Positions 14,140 through 25,640 are shown, counted from the whole stretch's first letter. The stretch: 63,784 nucleotides of DNA, filler included, from Choristocarpus tenellus KU-1152 (GCA_964200185.2; 9 parts of 9 records of this genome joined end to end with filler, not necessarily neighbours in it), one strand, 5' to 3'. The notes: generated by a model from the letters alone, not told the origin. A program made the numbers and translations.

Positions 14140-14855
14140 AGAAGGATACATAGAAATATATACTCCTTGAACCGACACTGAGTTATGTGCCAGATTTAGA
14201 TGAGGGAGAAACACTCAAATCCAGAGCCAAGGGCAGGGGACTATACTTCAGATGGGACGATCAGTGAATGGGAGGGACCGGGACAAAGTACCAGCCCCAA
14301 TACACGGTGAAAGTTAGAGAGGAGCGAGTCAGCTACCCCTACGAGGTTAAATGGGAGAAAGGCGAATTGCGAAATATCCAGCTTCTTATCCAACACTACA
14401 GTATTGACCAAGACGCTCCTACACGGGCCTGGTTCTGGACAAGTCCTACACTGCCACCATACTAACAACAGTCACGGCGTTGAGGAGCAACATAGGCCAA
14501 TTTCTGTTCGTGAGTCAACCTCTACTTTACCCTCTACTTCGCCAGTCCGACACATGCCTAGACAGACATGTTATGATGGAGAGATCGGACGTTCTCTAAA
14601 TCAACGGACTTATGCATTGGTATATTGAATTTATTGTCTTCCCGAAGAGTTTGTGTTTATGTGTCCTCATACGCATGTTTTATTTGCCCGGTGGCAACCT
14701 AGATTTCATCTCCATTATTGCGTTCTGCCACCATCCTCTAATACTTTTACTGCCATGCCCTAATCCTTTTTCCTCCCCTCTTTACCTTGATCGGACCACA
14801 GAGCAATTGACAGAAATCTTACTAGAAATACGTTGATTACTCGTACTCCATACCA

Positions 14856-14950
14856 GGCTCAAAGTATCTGGGGGGGGGGTGGCGGCTGTCCATTCTGGGT
14901 CAATTTTCACATAGTGCACGTTTCCTGGTCAGGGCCCAAACTTTGAACCC
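14856..14950. mobile_element. Short, internally deleted MITE family B copy
   Basis: Left end GGCTCAAAGTATCTGGGGGGGGGGTGGCGGCTGTCCATT; right end CTTTGAACCC. Confidence 0.6.
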
Positions 14951-15060
14951 AACGGCAACTTCCCTGAGCCATAATAACATAGTCTACACACCCACTCAAG
15001 CGCCAAGCGTAGGTCCTAAATGCATTTTAGTTTAATATACATCATAGGAGGACGGTGGCT

Positions 15061-15188
15061 GGGTCAAAGTATCTTGGGGGGTGGTGCTTTGTGAGGGGGG
15101 CAGCAATTGCTATGATTTTTGAGCACTTCGTCCGGACCGAAACGGACGCCCCCTCACAAACCATACACACACCCAGATACTTTCAGCC
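15061..15188. mobile_element. MITE family B-related variant
   Basis: TIRs GGGTCAAAGTATCTTGGGGGGTGGTGCTTTGTGAGGGGG ... CCCCTCACAAACCATACACACACCCAGATACTTTCAGCC. Confidence 0.65.
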
Positions 15189-15189
15189 T

Positions 15190-18100
15190 AGTAGATCACC
15201 GTATCGTGTGGCACCAAAAATATGCGACACCATTCGTCAATGTGTAACTGCATTGTAAAACCCTCATCTATCAAGCCTATGGGCATCCCAGCTAATATGA
15301 TCGCAAAACCTGAAGGATCTCCTCGGTTCTGCATGGATTTTAGAGGAACCATTATTAAACATTGATGCGTAACTCATAGTCTTTGCCATCCATAGATGAG
15401 TGTTTATCCAGTCAGCCTTTTGGCAACTATCGATAACTGAGGAATGCGAACAACAAAAAAACTGAATTCATCAGACCGGATGGGAAATATGAGTTTCAGA
15501 GGTTAACATTTGGGAGTACAAAATTCACCGTGGATCTTCCAGCACTGCATCCCTGAAACTTTTCTACAATCGCTCCTATCCCTGGGTTATTGGTATATTT
15601 AGACGATATTGTTTTGGACTCTCCATCTTGGGCACATCAGAAACAGTTTATCACTACGGTACTGTCAACTCTACACACTGTAGAGGTTACGTTTAACCCA
15701 ACCAAGAGTGAATTTGACTCAAAGTAATCCATTAATTGGGACATGGTTCTAGTCCACTATATCATATCCCTGGTATTGAAGCTATCTTGGAAATACAACC
15801 CCTCAAACTACGAAAGGTTTAGAATCTTTCTTAGGTTCTATGAACTTTAAAGGAAGTACATTCGTCACCTACAAACAGGAATAGAACTGTTAGCTAAGTA
15901 GATTTTTCATACAGAAGAGAGAAGTACAAAAAAGAGTAGACACCACCTTAAGAAACAAAAAATGATTGAAGTGATATTTTATTAAAATTAAATCAAGGAC
16001 AACAAATTGCTTTGATAAGTGCCAACGACCTTTAACCATACATGCCTCCAGTTGTACACATTCCTGATTCTTCAAAGGAATTTTTTACACATGTAGATGC
16101 TGGTAATGTTGGGAAAGGGGTGTTTTTGGGTCATAAAAATGATGATCGCAATTTTTATATAATTGCATACCATAGTGCCTTACTTTCCCCCTCCCAGAGA
16201 AAATCATCTGCCACATAAAAAGAGTGGCTTGCAGTTATTCTGGCAATTCAACTCTGGAGACCACATATTTGGGGCAAACATTTCACGGTTATTAGTGACC
16301 ATTCAACATTACGATGCCTGCATACTATGGAAGACAGGTCTAATCTGCTAACTCGATGGGCTCTGGATCTGCAAAAGTTTGGTTTTAGCGTCCTTCGTAA
16401 GCCTGGCAGATTTACATTATGTTACAGATATGTTGTCACGTCCTCAACTGGAAGAGTTCCGTAAACATGAATATGAACCAATAACCTTGACCCTCTATAT
16501 CAAAATGTAGGAGCAGAAGCCCTAATGCAACTTCTCAAGCAAGTAAGGTATATCCAGCCTATAAATTGTCTGTGTGGAATCACTAGGGTGGCAAATGACT
16601 CTGATATCTTCGTTAGCTCCATCAATGTTTTTCCAGTAATTGATACTGAAGTTCAACCCAAAGCCCACATTTCCAGTTTGGAGCATATTTTCAATACCTG
16701 GCAGACCCTAGAAATGCAAGATTATCCAATAAGGAAACGGCCAACACCATGTCATATTTTATTACACCAGAGAGAGAGAATGAGCTCTTACTCTAGCAAT
16801 CTTACCAACCTGGTCATCTTCGAAAAAATGGAGAATTTCGTTCTCTGTTAGTAGCCTCAACAGAAGTCCAGTGTTCAATTTCACATGCCCTACATGACCA
16901 TAAAGTTGCAGGTCATTTTGCTTTCAAGCACACATTTGACCGTGTGAGAGATAGGTTTTGGTGGCCAACCTTACATAAAGATGTTAGGAAGTGGTATGAA
17001 ACTTACCAGTCATGTGAAAGACGGAAGACCACACATACCCCTAATCTACTACCTACAGGATATGCCTGTTACGCATCCGTCTCAAAGGCTTGCCAATTAA
17101 CTAGTTGAATATTACAATAATACCACGTCAGACGGCGAAAAACATGTGTTACCGCCGTAGACCGTCTTAAAACATTCGCAATCTTGGTTGGCATTGCAAA
17201 TAAGCAAGAAAAAAACTCGATTAGAGCTTTTGTCGATCGCCTTTTTTCAATTTTTCGTCCTCCTGAAACACTCCACTCTAACCAAGGCAAAGCATTTGAG
17301 ACTAAACTCCTGCCTAAGTTGCGTAAAGTGTGTGGGTATCATAAAACCGAGACCGCGGCATATCGACCCCAAGGTAATAGCATATGTGAAGGAATTCTCT
17401 CCGCCATGCATGGTATGCAGTCCATGCATTCAAATATGTACCATTTTAACTAGACTTTGTTGTTGCCCTTTGTACAGCTAGCACACAATACAGCCTATAA
17501 TGCCACTTTTCAGGAAACTCCATTTTTCCTCATGTTTGGAAGGCTCTCAATCTTACCAATAGATCTTATTTTGAGGGTCACTCAAGAATGAATCTAACAA
17601 TGTGAACCATGAGGTCCCACTATATGAGACCGGAAATAAAGTGTGACTTCACAAACCACATACTTAAAGAGAAAAGGAGTTTTCTCAAAACATTCCCCAA
17701 TAGATGACTTGATGTACCAAAGGTGTGGTGATACTGAGCTTCATCCACTCAGATCCCCAGGGGCACGTAGGAGACAGGTAGGTCCACACCATTTTTCTCA
17801 ATTCGCTTTCCACTCATCAACAGAGATTTTTCTCTAGACTATAGTGCAACCTAGGGCTGATCACCACTAGTGTTCCGCCTTTTAATTTTTCCCGGAGTTG
17901 ATTCAACCAGAATATTTTCTGCTTTTTTCCTCTCAAAGAAGGAACTGTCCGACATGAAGTGCTGGCCAGCCACTTTTGTGTTGTGTTGGATGGAATCCAC
18001 TATGGGGGGGGAATGTCAGGGACAAGTCTGGGATCTTCCACGCGCACATTTTGAGACGCAACGGCATCATTGAACTTACCCATATCCACCACTCCACAAC

Positions 18101-18389
18101 ACCAAACACACCCTGCAAGATCCAGATTTCAGGAAACAATCAGAAGGACTCTCCCAACAAAGATTCATCCCGATTCTGATTGATCCATTTTCCTACCATA
18201 ACGTTGCTCGGTCATTCTGCGACACCTTTTCTGCACTGTAAGGTCTTAGTTCTGCTCCGAATTTTCTGAACTGACGTTGGAATACTGGGACAAGACCTGG
18301 CAAACTTGGCTCACCCTCTTAAGATCAAGACTTCGCTCTAATAGTAGTGATTGCTTTTGTTTGTTAGACCTTAATGGGTTTCGACGACA
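15190..18389 (+). mobile_element. Degenerate Ty3/gypsy LTR retrotransposon (RT, RNase H, integrase, PPT, 3' LTR); 5' truncated
   Basis: Frameshifted motifs in gypsy order: SPYRV, KPEGSPRFCMDFR, GKYEF.RLTFG, YLDD (15596-15607), HVDAGNVGKG, WRPHIWGKHFTVISDH, integrase GHF...FWWPTLHKDVRKW...[42 protein letters not shown] at 18004-18013 is followed directly by TGTC. Confidence 0.9.
18014..18389 (+). repeat. Putative 3' LTR of the gypsy element
   Basis: Starts TGTC immediately after the PPT and ends GACA; no 5' LTR in the window to confirm the right boundary. Confidence 0.5.
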
Positions 18390-18579
18390 CATCCAAGAAT
18401 TTGTGTTAAAAAATTTGACCATCTTTCTTTTTTATTATTTTTGAAGAATATATTGAAATTATGCGGGATAACCAACTAAACTACTAACCCCAACATATAA
18501 ATCGTTCCCTCTCGTATACTGAGGATCTGTCTAGGTTAGACTTCATTTTGAAGAACTTACTGGGTAATGTTACCACAAA

Positions 18580-18890
18580 ATGGGTTTCTCTTCGAAAGTT
18601 GCCACTACTGTTGTGCTGAGTGCACTCTCTCTAGTGTACTTGGTCCTCTTTGCAACCCAAGGCGGAATAATTTATCCATTGACCAGGAAGAATCAGATCA
18701 ACATCGTGGACAGGTTTAAGGATGGACATGGGGAACGCATTGATGCTGTAAACAATGACAAGGATGTAACGTTTGGACGCGTTTTAAATCAATCTGGCAG
18801 TGAAGACGTCAGAGGGCGACCGCCATTGCCTAATCAAGACAGTAAAGGTTTGTGATGCTTTGGTGAACCCAGCAAAGTAGCGAAGTCCTA

Positions 18891-18927
<37 letters not shown>

Positions 18928-21900
18928 CCTCTCCATACATTGCCCCATGAGGGCTGGGAAGAAACCTGGGATTTTTTTCCTTGAATCTCCAATATCATCG
19001 CTTTTTGATTCAACTAATAGATGCAGTACGATGTGTAGGGGCAACAAATAGAGGTGCAGGGGCAACAAATAGAGGTGCAGGGGTAACAAATGTATTTCTT
19101 CGAATCCAATGGGTGTGACGACCTGAGGTTTTTCCTCTTTAGGACGGTACCTGGACACAATTGCCGACCACCTAATCTAATTTCCGTATTCGATCGATTC
19201 AAAACACGTATTACTTCAACCTTGCCTTCTCAATTTTAGGCAATGGTTTCAGTCCTTCGTCAGGTCCGGAATCGCCAGACTATGGGAAACTTCAAGAGGA
19301 GCGGATAAGATGGCTTATGGAAAGGGCTAAGGAGATCAAAGGGGGTGGTGGACGGGATGGGAAGGACATGAAACACTCGGGAGAGGAGAGAGATCGCAAT
19401 TTATTATACTCGGTGAAGGATCGAGTGGAGACACTCGAAAAAGGCGCCGATATGTGGGGAGGTACCTACGTGCCTCCCATAGGCAAGGAGGAGAAACAAC
19501 GCTTGGTGGATAGCTGGACTGCTGGGGGGGAGGAGAAGGCAAGAAAGGAAGACAAGGCAACGTAGCTGGAACATGATCTGTGCACTGTAACGTCATTGTA
19601 GTGGGTTCAATCATCCCCGCCCTATGATACCCCTAGTTTTGTGCTCTTTCTTTCCTTGTTGGTATGACTCATATTGCCGTTGTCAAGTTGTGTGGAACTC
19701 GCCTTTTTCCTCTCCGTCTTACCCTTTGTATTGTAGGTTTGATGAGGTATGAGTGGAAGGCTGGGGTTTCAGCGGGGTGATACCAGCGAGTTGGGGGGAA
19801 ATTGACTGGATATAAGGATACCGTTGTGCAGGTTTCAGCGCGGTAGTGGCGTGGCAGCACTTGCTGTTTTTATATACAGTGTGAGAGTACGTTGCCTACG
19901 TACGGCTCAAATCTGTTCTGTGTATAGACTACAGGACGCCCTTGCGTTTTGTGCAATACTTCTCACTCCTTGGCCGACCTTGCTGCGAAGCCAGTGCAGA
20001 CAATTCATGTAATGTAGTGGTTGTGTGGTCAAATGAACTACCGTAAATGTTTCACCTCTTCATGTACTTGATGTGGAATTTCCAACCTTCCAACCAGCCA
20101 CAAGTTTTCTCCTGCTGATCCTCCCTCTCTCCCTCCTCCATCCACCAATGGGTCCCACTCGACCGCTCCTGCCCTCTCCTTGATGCTACTGCTGTGGATT
20201 GTGTTTTCTTTCGCCTGTTTTACTGATTCTTGTTTTTGCTATGCAGGGTGGGCGCATCCTCTATGTCATTACATCCTTTGATCGAGGAAATCGGCTGGGT
20301 AGGAAATTCCGCAGCGTGGACAAACTGGACTTTGTTCTGATGATGTTGGATGAGATGAGAGAGGCATGCGAGGTATTAGAAATTGATCATAGAAGAGACC
20401 AGGAGGGTGGATGACTGTATGCATAGATAGGGAGTAGCCGGTTTTACCAATGGAGAGAGGGAGGGATGATGGGGATGCATTTAATGATGATTGTCTATGC
20501 TAGGGTTAGGGTTAGGGTTAGGGTGGAATCGGTATGTTGCTGCATGGGAGGCGTTGTGGTGGTTGGGAGGTAGGCCAAGCGACTTAGGAGTTAGGGTTAG
20601 GGTTAGGGTTAGGGTCAGTTGGTGCTCCTTTCTTGATAGGGCAGTTCCGCTTCCTTGCCTGACCAGTCTCAAAGCTGAAGTGTTGGTGGAGAAGGTGAAG
20701 AGAGGGGGTAGGGCGGGGCATTTTTTCACCCTGCAAGGCAAGGAATGTGCTGAGTTGTTGAAAGATTGGCGCAAGGTGCTTGTGAAGGTTCAGTTGGTAA
20801 GGAAGAACCTCCTCATGTAGTGTATTATGGGTCACAGGTTTTGTGTCTCAGAAGACCAAGAAGATGCCAACAGTAGAACACAGCTCCCTTTTCTGTCTGG
20901 CTGATGAGTTTATTTGGGTTCCTTTGGGTCAAGCACTCCGGCAAATATCCTCTGCCACATGCTTCCCTGAAAAGGGTCAGCTTTCCATTGTGAGACTAAC
21001 ATTTGGAGCCGCCATTGAAAAGGTCTTTAACCTCACTGTATATGGAGGCAAAGGTGTCCTTGTCCTTGTTTTTCTGTGAAAATATCTGTGGTTATGTACT
21101 CACGATGAAATCTACTCTGAGGTCCTGGTGCAATAAACATGGCCATGGACTGGATTAATGGAGATGGAGGGGGTATTTTAATTTTTTTAATATGCTATAG
21201 TATAGTTGAGATTAGAAGACTAGTTTCGATCTATGCAGTCAACGCCACTTCCTCTGTGAGCATGTTGACTATTTGAGCTTTGATACTGTCACTATTCGAT
21301 GAAATTGATTAAACCACTCGGGGTGGGAGACTATCTTGACCAAGGATGACAGTCTTTCTGAAAAGACTGAAGACCTTGGAGACAAGGTTCAAATCTCCAA
21401 CTTCTCAGAACACCTCGACATATTTTTCTTATTTTTCTTTTATACCGGTGAGTTTATGTACTCTGAATTCATCTACAGTTTTTCTGGGGTTTTTGATAGC
21501 AAAGCTGAGCACACACATTTCTGCCCCCAACCCAACAGTTGGGCTTCTCCCCCCAGGTACACTTCATTGCGGCATGGCCAGCACAAGATATCATTGACCT
21601 TGTGAATGACCGGCTCTATTGCCAGCAGACAAAAGCACTCGTACCCTACTCCGTGGAGACACACTTGCCGAAACTTGGGGGGGCTTTGAGCATCAAGGTA
21701 AGGGGTGTGTGGGGTGTGACTGTCAAGATGAGATTGTATGAAATAGTACACAAAAATTGTACTGTTTTTTGTTTGGAATCCCTTTGTTCTTAGCACAGAG
21801 TTGACAATGAGCTCTCCAGTAGGACAGTAGCTGAGTGTTGCAAAGGGTTGTCAGTAGAAATGGTGAAGTAATATATTTTTGGTAGGTGGATACTCACATG

Positions 21901-23153
21901 CACTTGACTTGGGGGAGCTAGTGCCCCAGCAATTTTTTTTGTAAGTCACCAGGTGAGAAACGCAACCCTAGTACTCTGTAGGGCACTTCTGTTGATGCAA
22001 AGATGAAAAGTTAGTTGTTGAGAGGGACAACCTTTTCACTGTAGTGTGTAGAGTATTTTGTTTTTTTTGGGGGGGGGCAGTGGCAAATTGTGCTACAGTA
22101 ATTGTTGTATGGTGAAAGGGTTAGGGTTAGGGTTGTGTACGCTGAATGCATTAATTCATTGAGACAAATTGGGACCTTGATGCACCAGGCGGCACACACG
22201 ATACTTTTGGGGTCAGATATCCGATGAAGGGCTTTAGGTAACTACTGTGATGAACATGTCCTCTTGCCCCCCCTTCCCCTCTCTTGAAGGTTTGTTCCAG
22301 TATGCCAGGATGATATTTCATTACAACCAGGACTACTAGGGGATTTCAGCTCTATCATCAATGTATTAAACGCATGCACTCTTTTGAAACCTGAACTCTG
22401 GTGATTGTTCTGTTTTTGGCAAGTGAAGAAGATTTCTGGCCACTGCAGTGATGCCTTGACTTTTGACAGTAACATACTCTCTCCCATCTCTCCTCCCCTC
22501 TCCTCCCCTCTCTCAAATCCTTTTTTCTGCCTCCACAGCATCGGGCGTACATGAAAGACAGATTGGAGGACTTCGATGTGTTTGTTCAGGTCAGAAGGAT
22601 TACGATTGCATATATACGGACCGTCTTTTCCTGTGCCTGCACCTTTGCATGATTCGTGATGTGATGATGTTTCCGTGATCATAGGGTGCTTGGAGTGAAA
22701 CAGTCTGAGATGGGGGCATCCAATTCCAACCTTAATCATCCTACTCCTACAAGGAACAACATATCTGTTCAAGGACAACTCCCTGCCCCTTTCAAGACCC
22801 TTGTCTCTTACAGTAGTATAGTGCCATGCTCCCCCCCAATACCTTCCCCCTCCCCGGGCCTTCCGCTCCCCGTCTCCCCTATACCGCTCCTTCTTGCACC
22901 CCCCATACTGCTTTGACTGTGGTTGGGAATAGGTGGAGGATGACATGATCCTGACACTGAATCACATACTGTTGTATTTAGAGGCTAGCTTGGTGCTGAG
23001 GGATCGGGACAGGGACGGGGGGCACGGCATGAAGTACAAATACATGCCAGGATTCATTCGGGTGGAACCGCCAATGGACTCTAAAAATAAGTATGGAGTG
23101 GTTGGTTCTGGGCGTGCTGATGTGTGGTTTGAGTGGGAGATTCTTCTAAGCAG
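18580..23153 (+). CDS. Type II membrane glycosyltransferase-like (GT-A, DxD-like EDD motif) protein; 3' partial; exon 2/3 junction ambiguous
   Basis: Exons 18580-18847, 19240-(19461 or 19556), (19737 or 19787)-19831, 20247-20372, 21539-21697, 22539-22589, 22933-23153. N-terminal signal anchor, low-complexity stem, then 'SIK|HRAYMKDRLEDFDVFVQ|VEDDMIL' and 'MPGFIRVE'. Confidence 0.65.
18896..18925. repeat. (GA)n microsatellite
   Basis: About 15 GA units in intron 1 of the GT-like gene. Confidence 0.9.
19031..19091. repeat. 21-bp minisatellite, 3 copies
   Basis: Unit GAGGTGCAGGGGCAACAAATA repeated three times with few mismatches. Confidence 0.85.
20501..20614 (+). repeat. Interstitial telomere-like (TTAGGG)n tracts
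   Basis: About 4 units at 20501-20523 and 4 units at 20591-20614, separated by a unique stretch; shorter tracts at 12122-12137, 22117-22134 and 29692-29705. Confidence 0.85.
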
Positions 23154-23427
23154 GTAATGGAGGAAGTGCGATAGAATTTGAAGGCGAGGGTGGGGGGATC
23201 GGGGGGGCACGGGGGGGGGGCGGGCTGGTGGGGGGCTGGTGGGGGGGGGGGGGAGGTTGGTTTTTTAATGCGAAGATGTTATCCTGNNNNNNNNNNNNNN
23301 NNNNNNNNNNNNNNNNNNNNNNNNNNNNNNTTAATTAATTAANNNNNNNNNNNNNNNNNNNNNNNNNNNNNNNNNNNNNNNNNNNNGAACTGTGTTGTTC
23401 GCTCACATAGAAGGGGGACACCAATCA

Positions 23428-23500
23428 CACCCAAAGTTTTTGGGGGGGGGGGGGGCGACTGTCTATTTGGGGTCAATCTTTTCATGTCGCGATTTTTGTC
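23428..23500. mobile_element. MITE family B left-end fragment
   Basis: CCAAAG..TGGGG...GCGACTGTCTATTTGGGGTCAAT...CATGTCGCGATTTTTGT matches the family B left end. Confidence 0.55.
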
Positions 23501-23589
23501 AATGGAGGACTTCAGAATTTTCCAGACCACATAGGGTGAATGCATGGACCTTGTATGATGTCACAAGGGGCGGTGTGGCTGCCATAGAA

Positions 23590-23860
23590 CTATGCATTCG
23601 ATTCAGGTTTCAACACTATCCTCGATGTTCCACAACATCAACGACCTGAGATTCTTTCATTCCATCCAGCAACTTCAGCAAGACGTGGGGGTGACCAACA
23701 CAAAGGAGCAGGTGGAGGCCACAATGGAGGCATTTGATGTGTATCCCCGGGAAACACTAGCGCGCTTCTGGTAGAAGCTCTTCAAGTCTACAGTTAAGTG
23801 CTGGGGTCCAAGGATGACAGTATCTTCAAAATTCCCCATCTTAGCAAGGAAATTGGTGAG
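23590..23860 (+). mobile_element. Tc1/mariner DD39D (plant-type) transposase C-terminal relic
   Basis: 'NINDLRFFHSIQQLQ...EATMEAFDVYPRETLARFW...FKIPHL' matches the DD39D pattern 'SPDLNVLDLGFF.SIQSLQ...AF..YP...L...GGN.YKIPH'; contains stop and frameshift. Confidence 0.75.
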
Positions 23861-24053
23861 AAGGCGGGCAAGCTCCCCCCAAATGCCCTGGTGGATGTGA
23901 CGAAATACCATGGTAGAATGGAATTTTGGAGGACTTCAAGGGCGAAATCTTAGACAGGGGTAGGCTCCCCCATTTGCTTGAGATTTTCGTGGGCAACCTT
24001 TTGAAGTGTCCGCAGAATACAACATTAAAATATGAGCATGTGACAAAAATATT

Positions 24054-24312
24054 GAGTGAAAGTATCTTAGAGGGTACGACTTTTGCCCTTTTTGTCCATT
24101 TGGGGCTTGGCTTCCCATGTTTTTTTTAATGACATTTTCCTACTCCGAAATATTTCAGAGTAGGTAAGATGTATACGTTATGAAAAGGTGTGTTCGGAAC
24201 AAGGGTATTGACACTTCCTAGCAAACACAATAACCGAAAATACATCGAAATTGCAGCATTGGATTTCGGCCCCCAAATGGACGCGGCGCTACCCTCTAAG
24301 ATACTTTGGCTC
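24054..24312 (-). mobile_element. MITE family A (Sola-like)
   Basis: GAGTGAAAGTATCTTAGAGGGTA ... TACCCTCTAAGATACTTTGGCTC; flanks TATT/TCTT. Confidence 0.88.
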
Positions 24313-24549
24313 TCTTGCTTCTTTATTGGGGATACAAACGTTATGTTACATTTAATTCCGAACATAGGAAGAATAGTCTACATACTTCCACTATTAACAA
24401 GTACAATAAGAAAATGCATTTATTGATTTGGGATTTAGGATATACAAAATTCAAGAAGAGTGGAATATTTAAATAGGAGGCATGGCCATGAAGTGACCAG
24501 CCCGAGCGTAAAACAAATATTTTCTGATCGGGTATAGATTGAATATTCT

Positions 24550-24722
24550 AACATGACCAAGTCCATAGCCATCACTTTCTCAACATGATCAATACCACTG
24601 GCCAGCCATTTACAACCAAGTTCGAACTTAGCCGAGTTCATGGCCATCACTTACTCAACATGGTCAGGGCCGCCACCGGTCATGTATAACCAAGTTTAAA
24701 CATGACCAAGTCCATGACCATT
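24550..24722. repeat. Degenerate tandem repeat, unit about 75 bp, about 2.3 copies
   Basis: AACATGACCAAGTCCAT(A/G)GCCATCACTT-like starts at 24550, 24625 and 24699. Confidence 0.65.
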
Positions 24723-24964
24723 GGTTGTTTGAAGATGGCCGGCCCACGGACCAGTCTGCAGCCATATAGCCGACAGTGCACTAACTAACTGCATAGTCCC
24801 ATAAAAATCACTTCAAATTTTCTCGCAACAGTTGCTGACAAAGTTGCTTGGAGCAAAGGATCATATTGAATTGTAGAGTATCTTTGTCATGTACCATTTT
24901 GGGTTGAGCTTTTTTCAAAATTATACTCCTCCATAATGACAATGATAATACCTATCCTCATCAA

Positions 24965-25276
24965 TCAAGACCTTCCCAATTGTCGTTCTTAAGAATTGAT
25001 AGTTAACATTGAGATCTTCAAGACCTTCCTAATTGTCGTTCTTAAGAATTGTTAATTATCATTGAGATCTTCAAGGCCTTCCTAATTGTCGTTCTTAAGA
25101 ATTGTTCATTATCATTGAGATCTTCAAGACCTTCACGACAATCAAGACCTTCCCAATTGTCGTTCTTAAGAATTGAAAATTATCATTGAGATCTTCAAGA
25201 CCTTCAACGCAATCAAGACCTTCCCAATTGTCGTTCTTAAGAATTGATAATTATCATTGAGATCTTCAAGACCTTC
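24965..25276. repeat. Palindrome-rich tandem array of 53-bp and 18-bp units
   Basis: 53-bp unit TCAAGACCTTCCCAATTGTCGTTCTTAAGAATTGATAATTATCATTGAGATCT at 24965, 25018, 25071, 25142, 25213; 18-bp units at 25124 and 25195; terminal TCAAGACCTTC at 25266. Confidence 0.92.
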
Positions 25277-25640
25277 AAGGTATAGGTGATTCAGTGCCCA
25301 GAGTGATTGATGATGCTTAGTGACTAGCTTTCCGACTCACTGATATGCACATAATTCGTTTTGAAATCTAGAGTTTGCACCTATCTATATCTATGTCCAT
25401 AGTGTGTGGCACATCTTGTCGTTTCAATATTGCTGGTGGTATAGAAAATACCCCATAGAAACTGACAATATGTCTATCAGCATAAGGAGACCACAAACCT
25501 TCCCTGTATGCTACATATCTTGAAAGCTTGAGTGATAATGTTGCCTTCACCAGTACCATTTCTTAATTTTGCATGGTCTCGATGAGTGTCCTCTGTCCCA
25601 CTTCAATTCAGTCGAGTCATAAACTTTATTTTCAACAGCA

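Larger units (their letters stand above)
13046..14465 (+). pseudogene. Intronless orphan pseudogene (299 codons when reconstructed) split by two family A MITEs
   Basis: Segments 13046-13217, 13479-13881 and 14144-14465 join in one frame (897 nt) after removing each MITE plus one TSD. Three internal stops: TGA 13778, TAG 14151, TGA 14265. Confidence 0.65.

Noticed and set aside
19778-19780. Selenocysteine codon
   Set aside because: No redox motif context, it lies in a stem region, and no SECIS can be assessed because the 3' end is missing; kept only as an unlikely alternative.
24965-25276. CRISPR-like array with TCAAGACCTTC repeats
   Set aside because: The intervening sequences are near-identical copies rather than unique spacers, the repeat is only 11 bp, no cas genes are present, and the context is eukaryotic.
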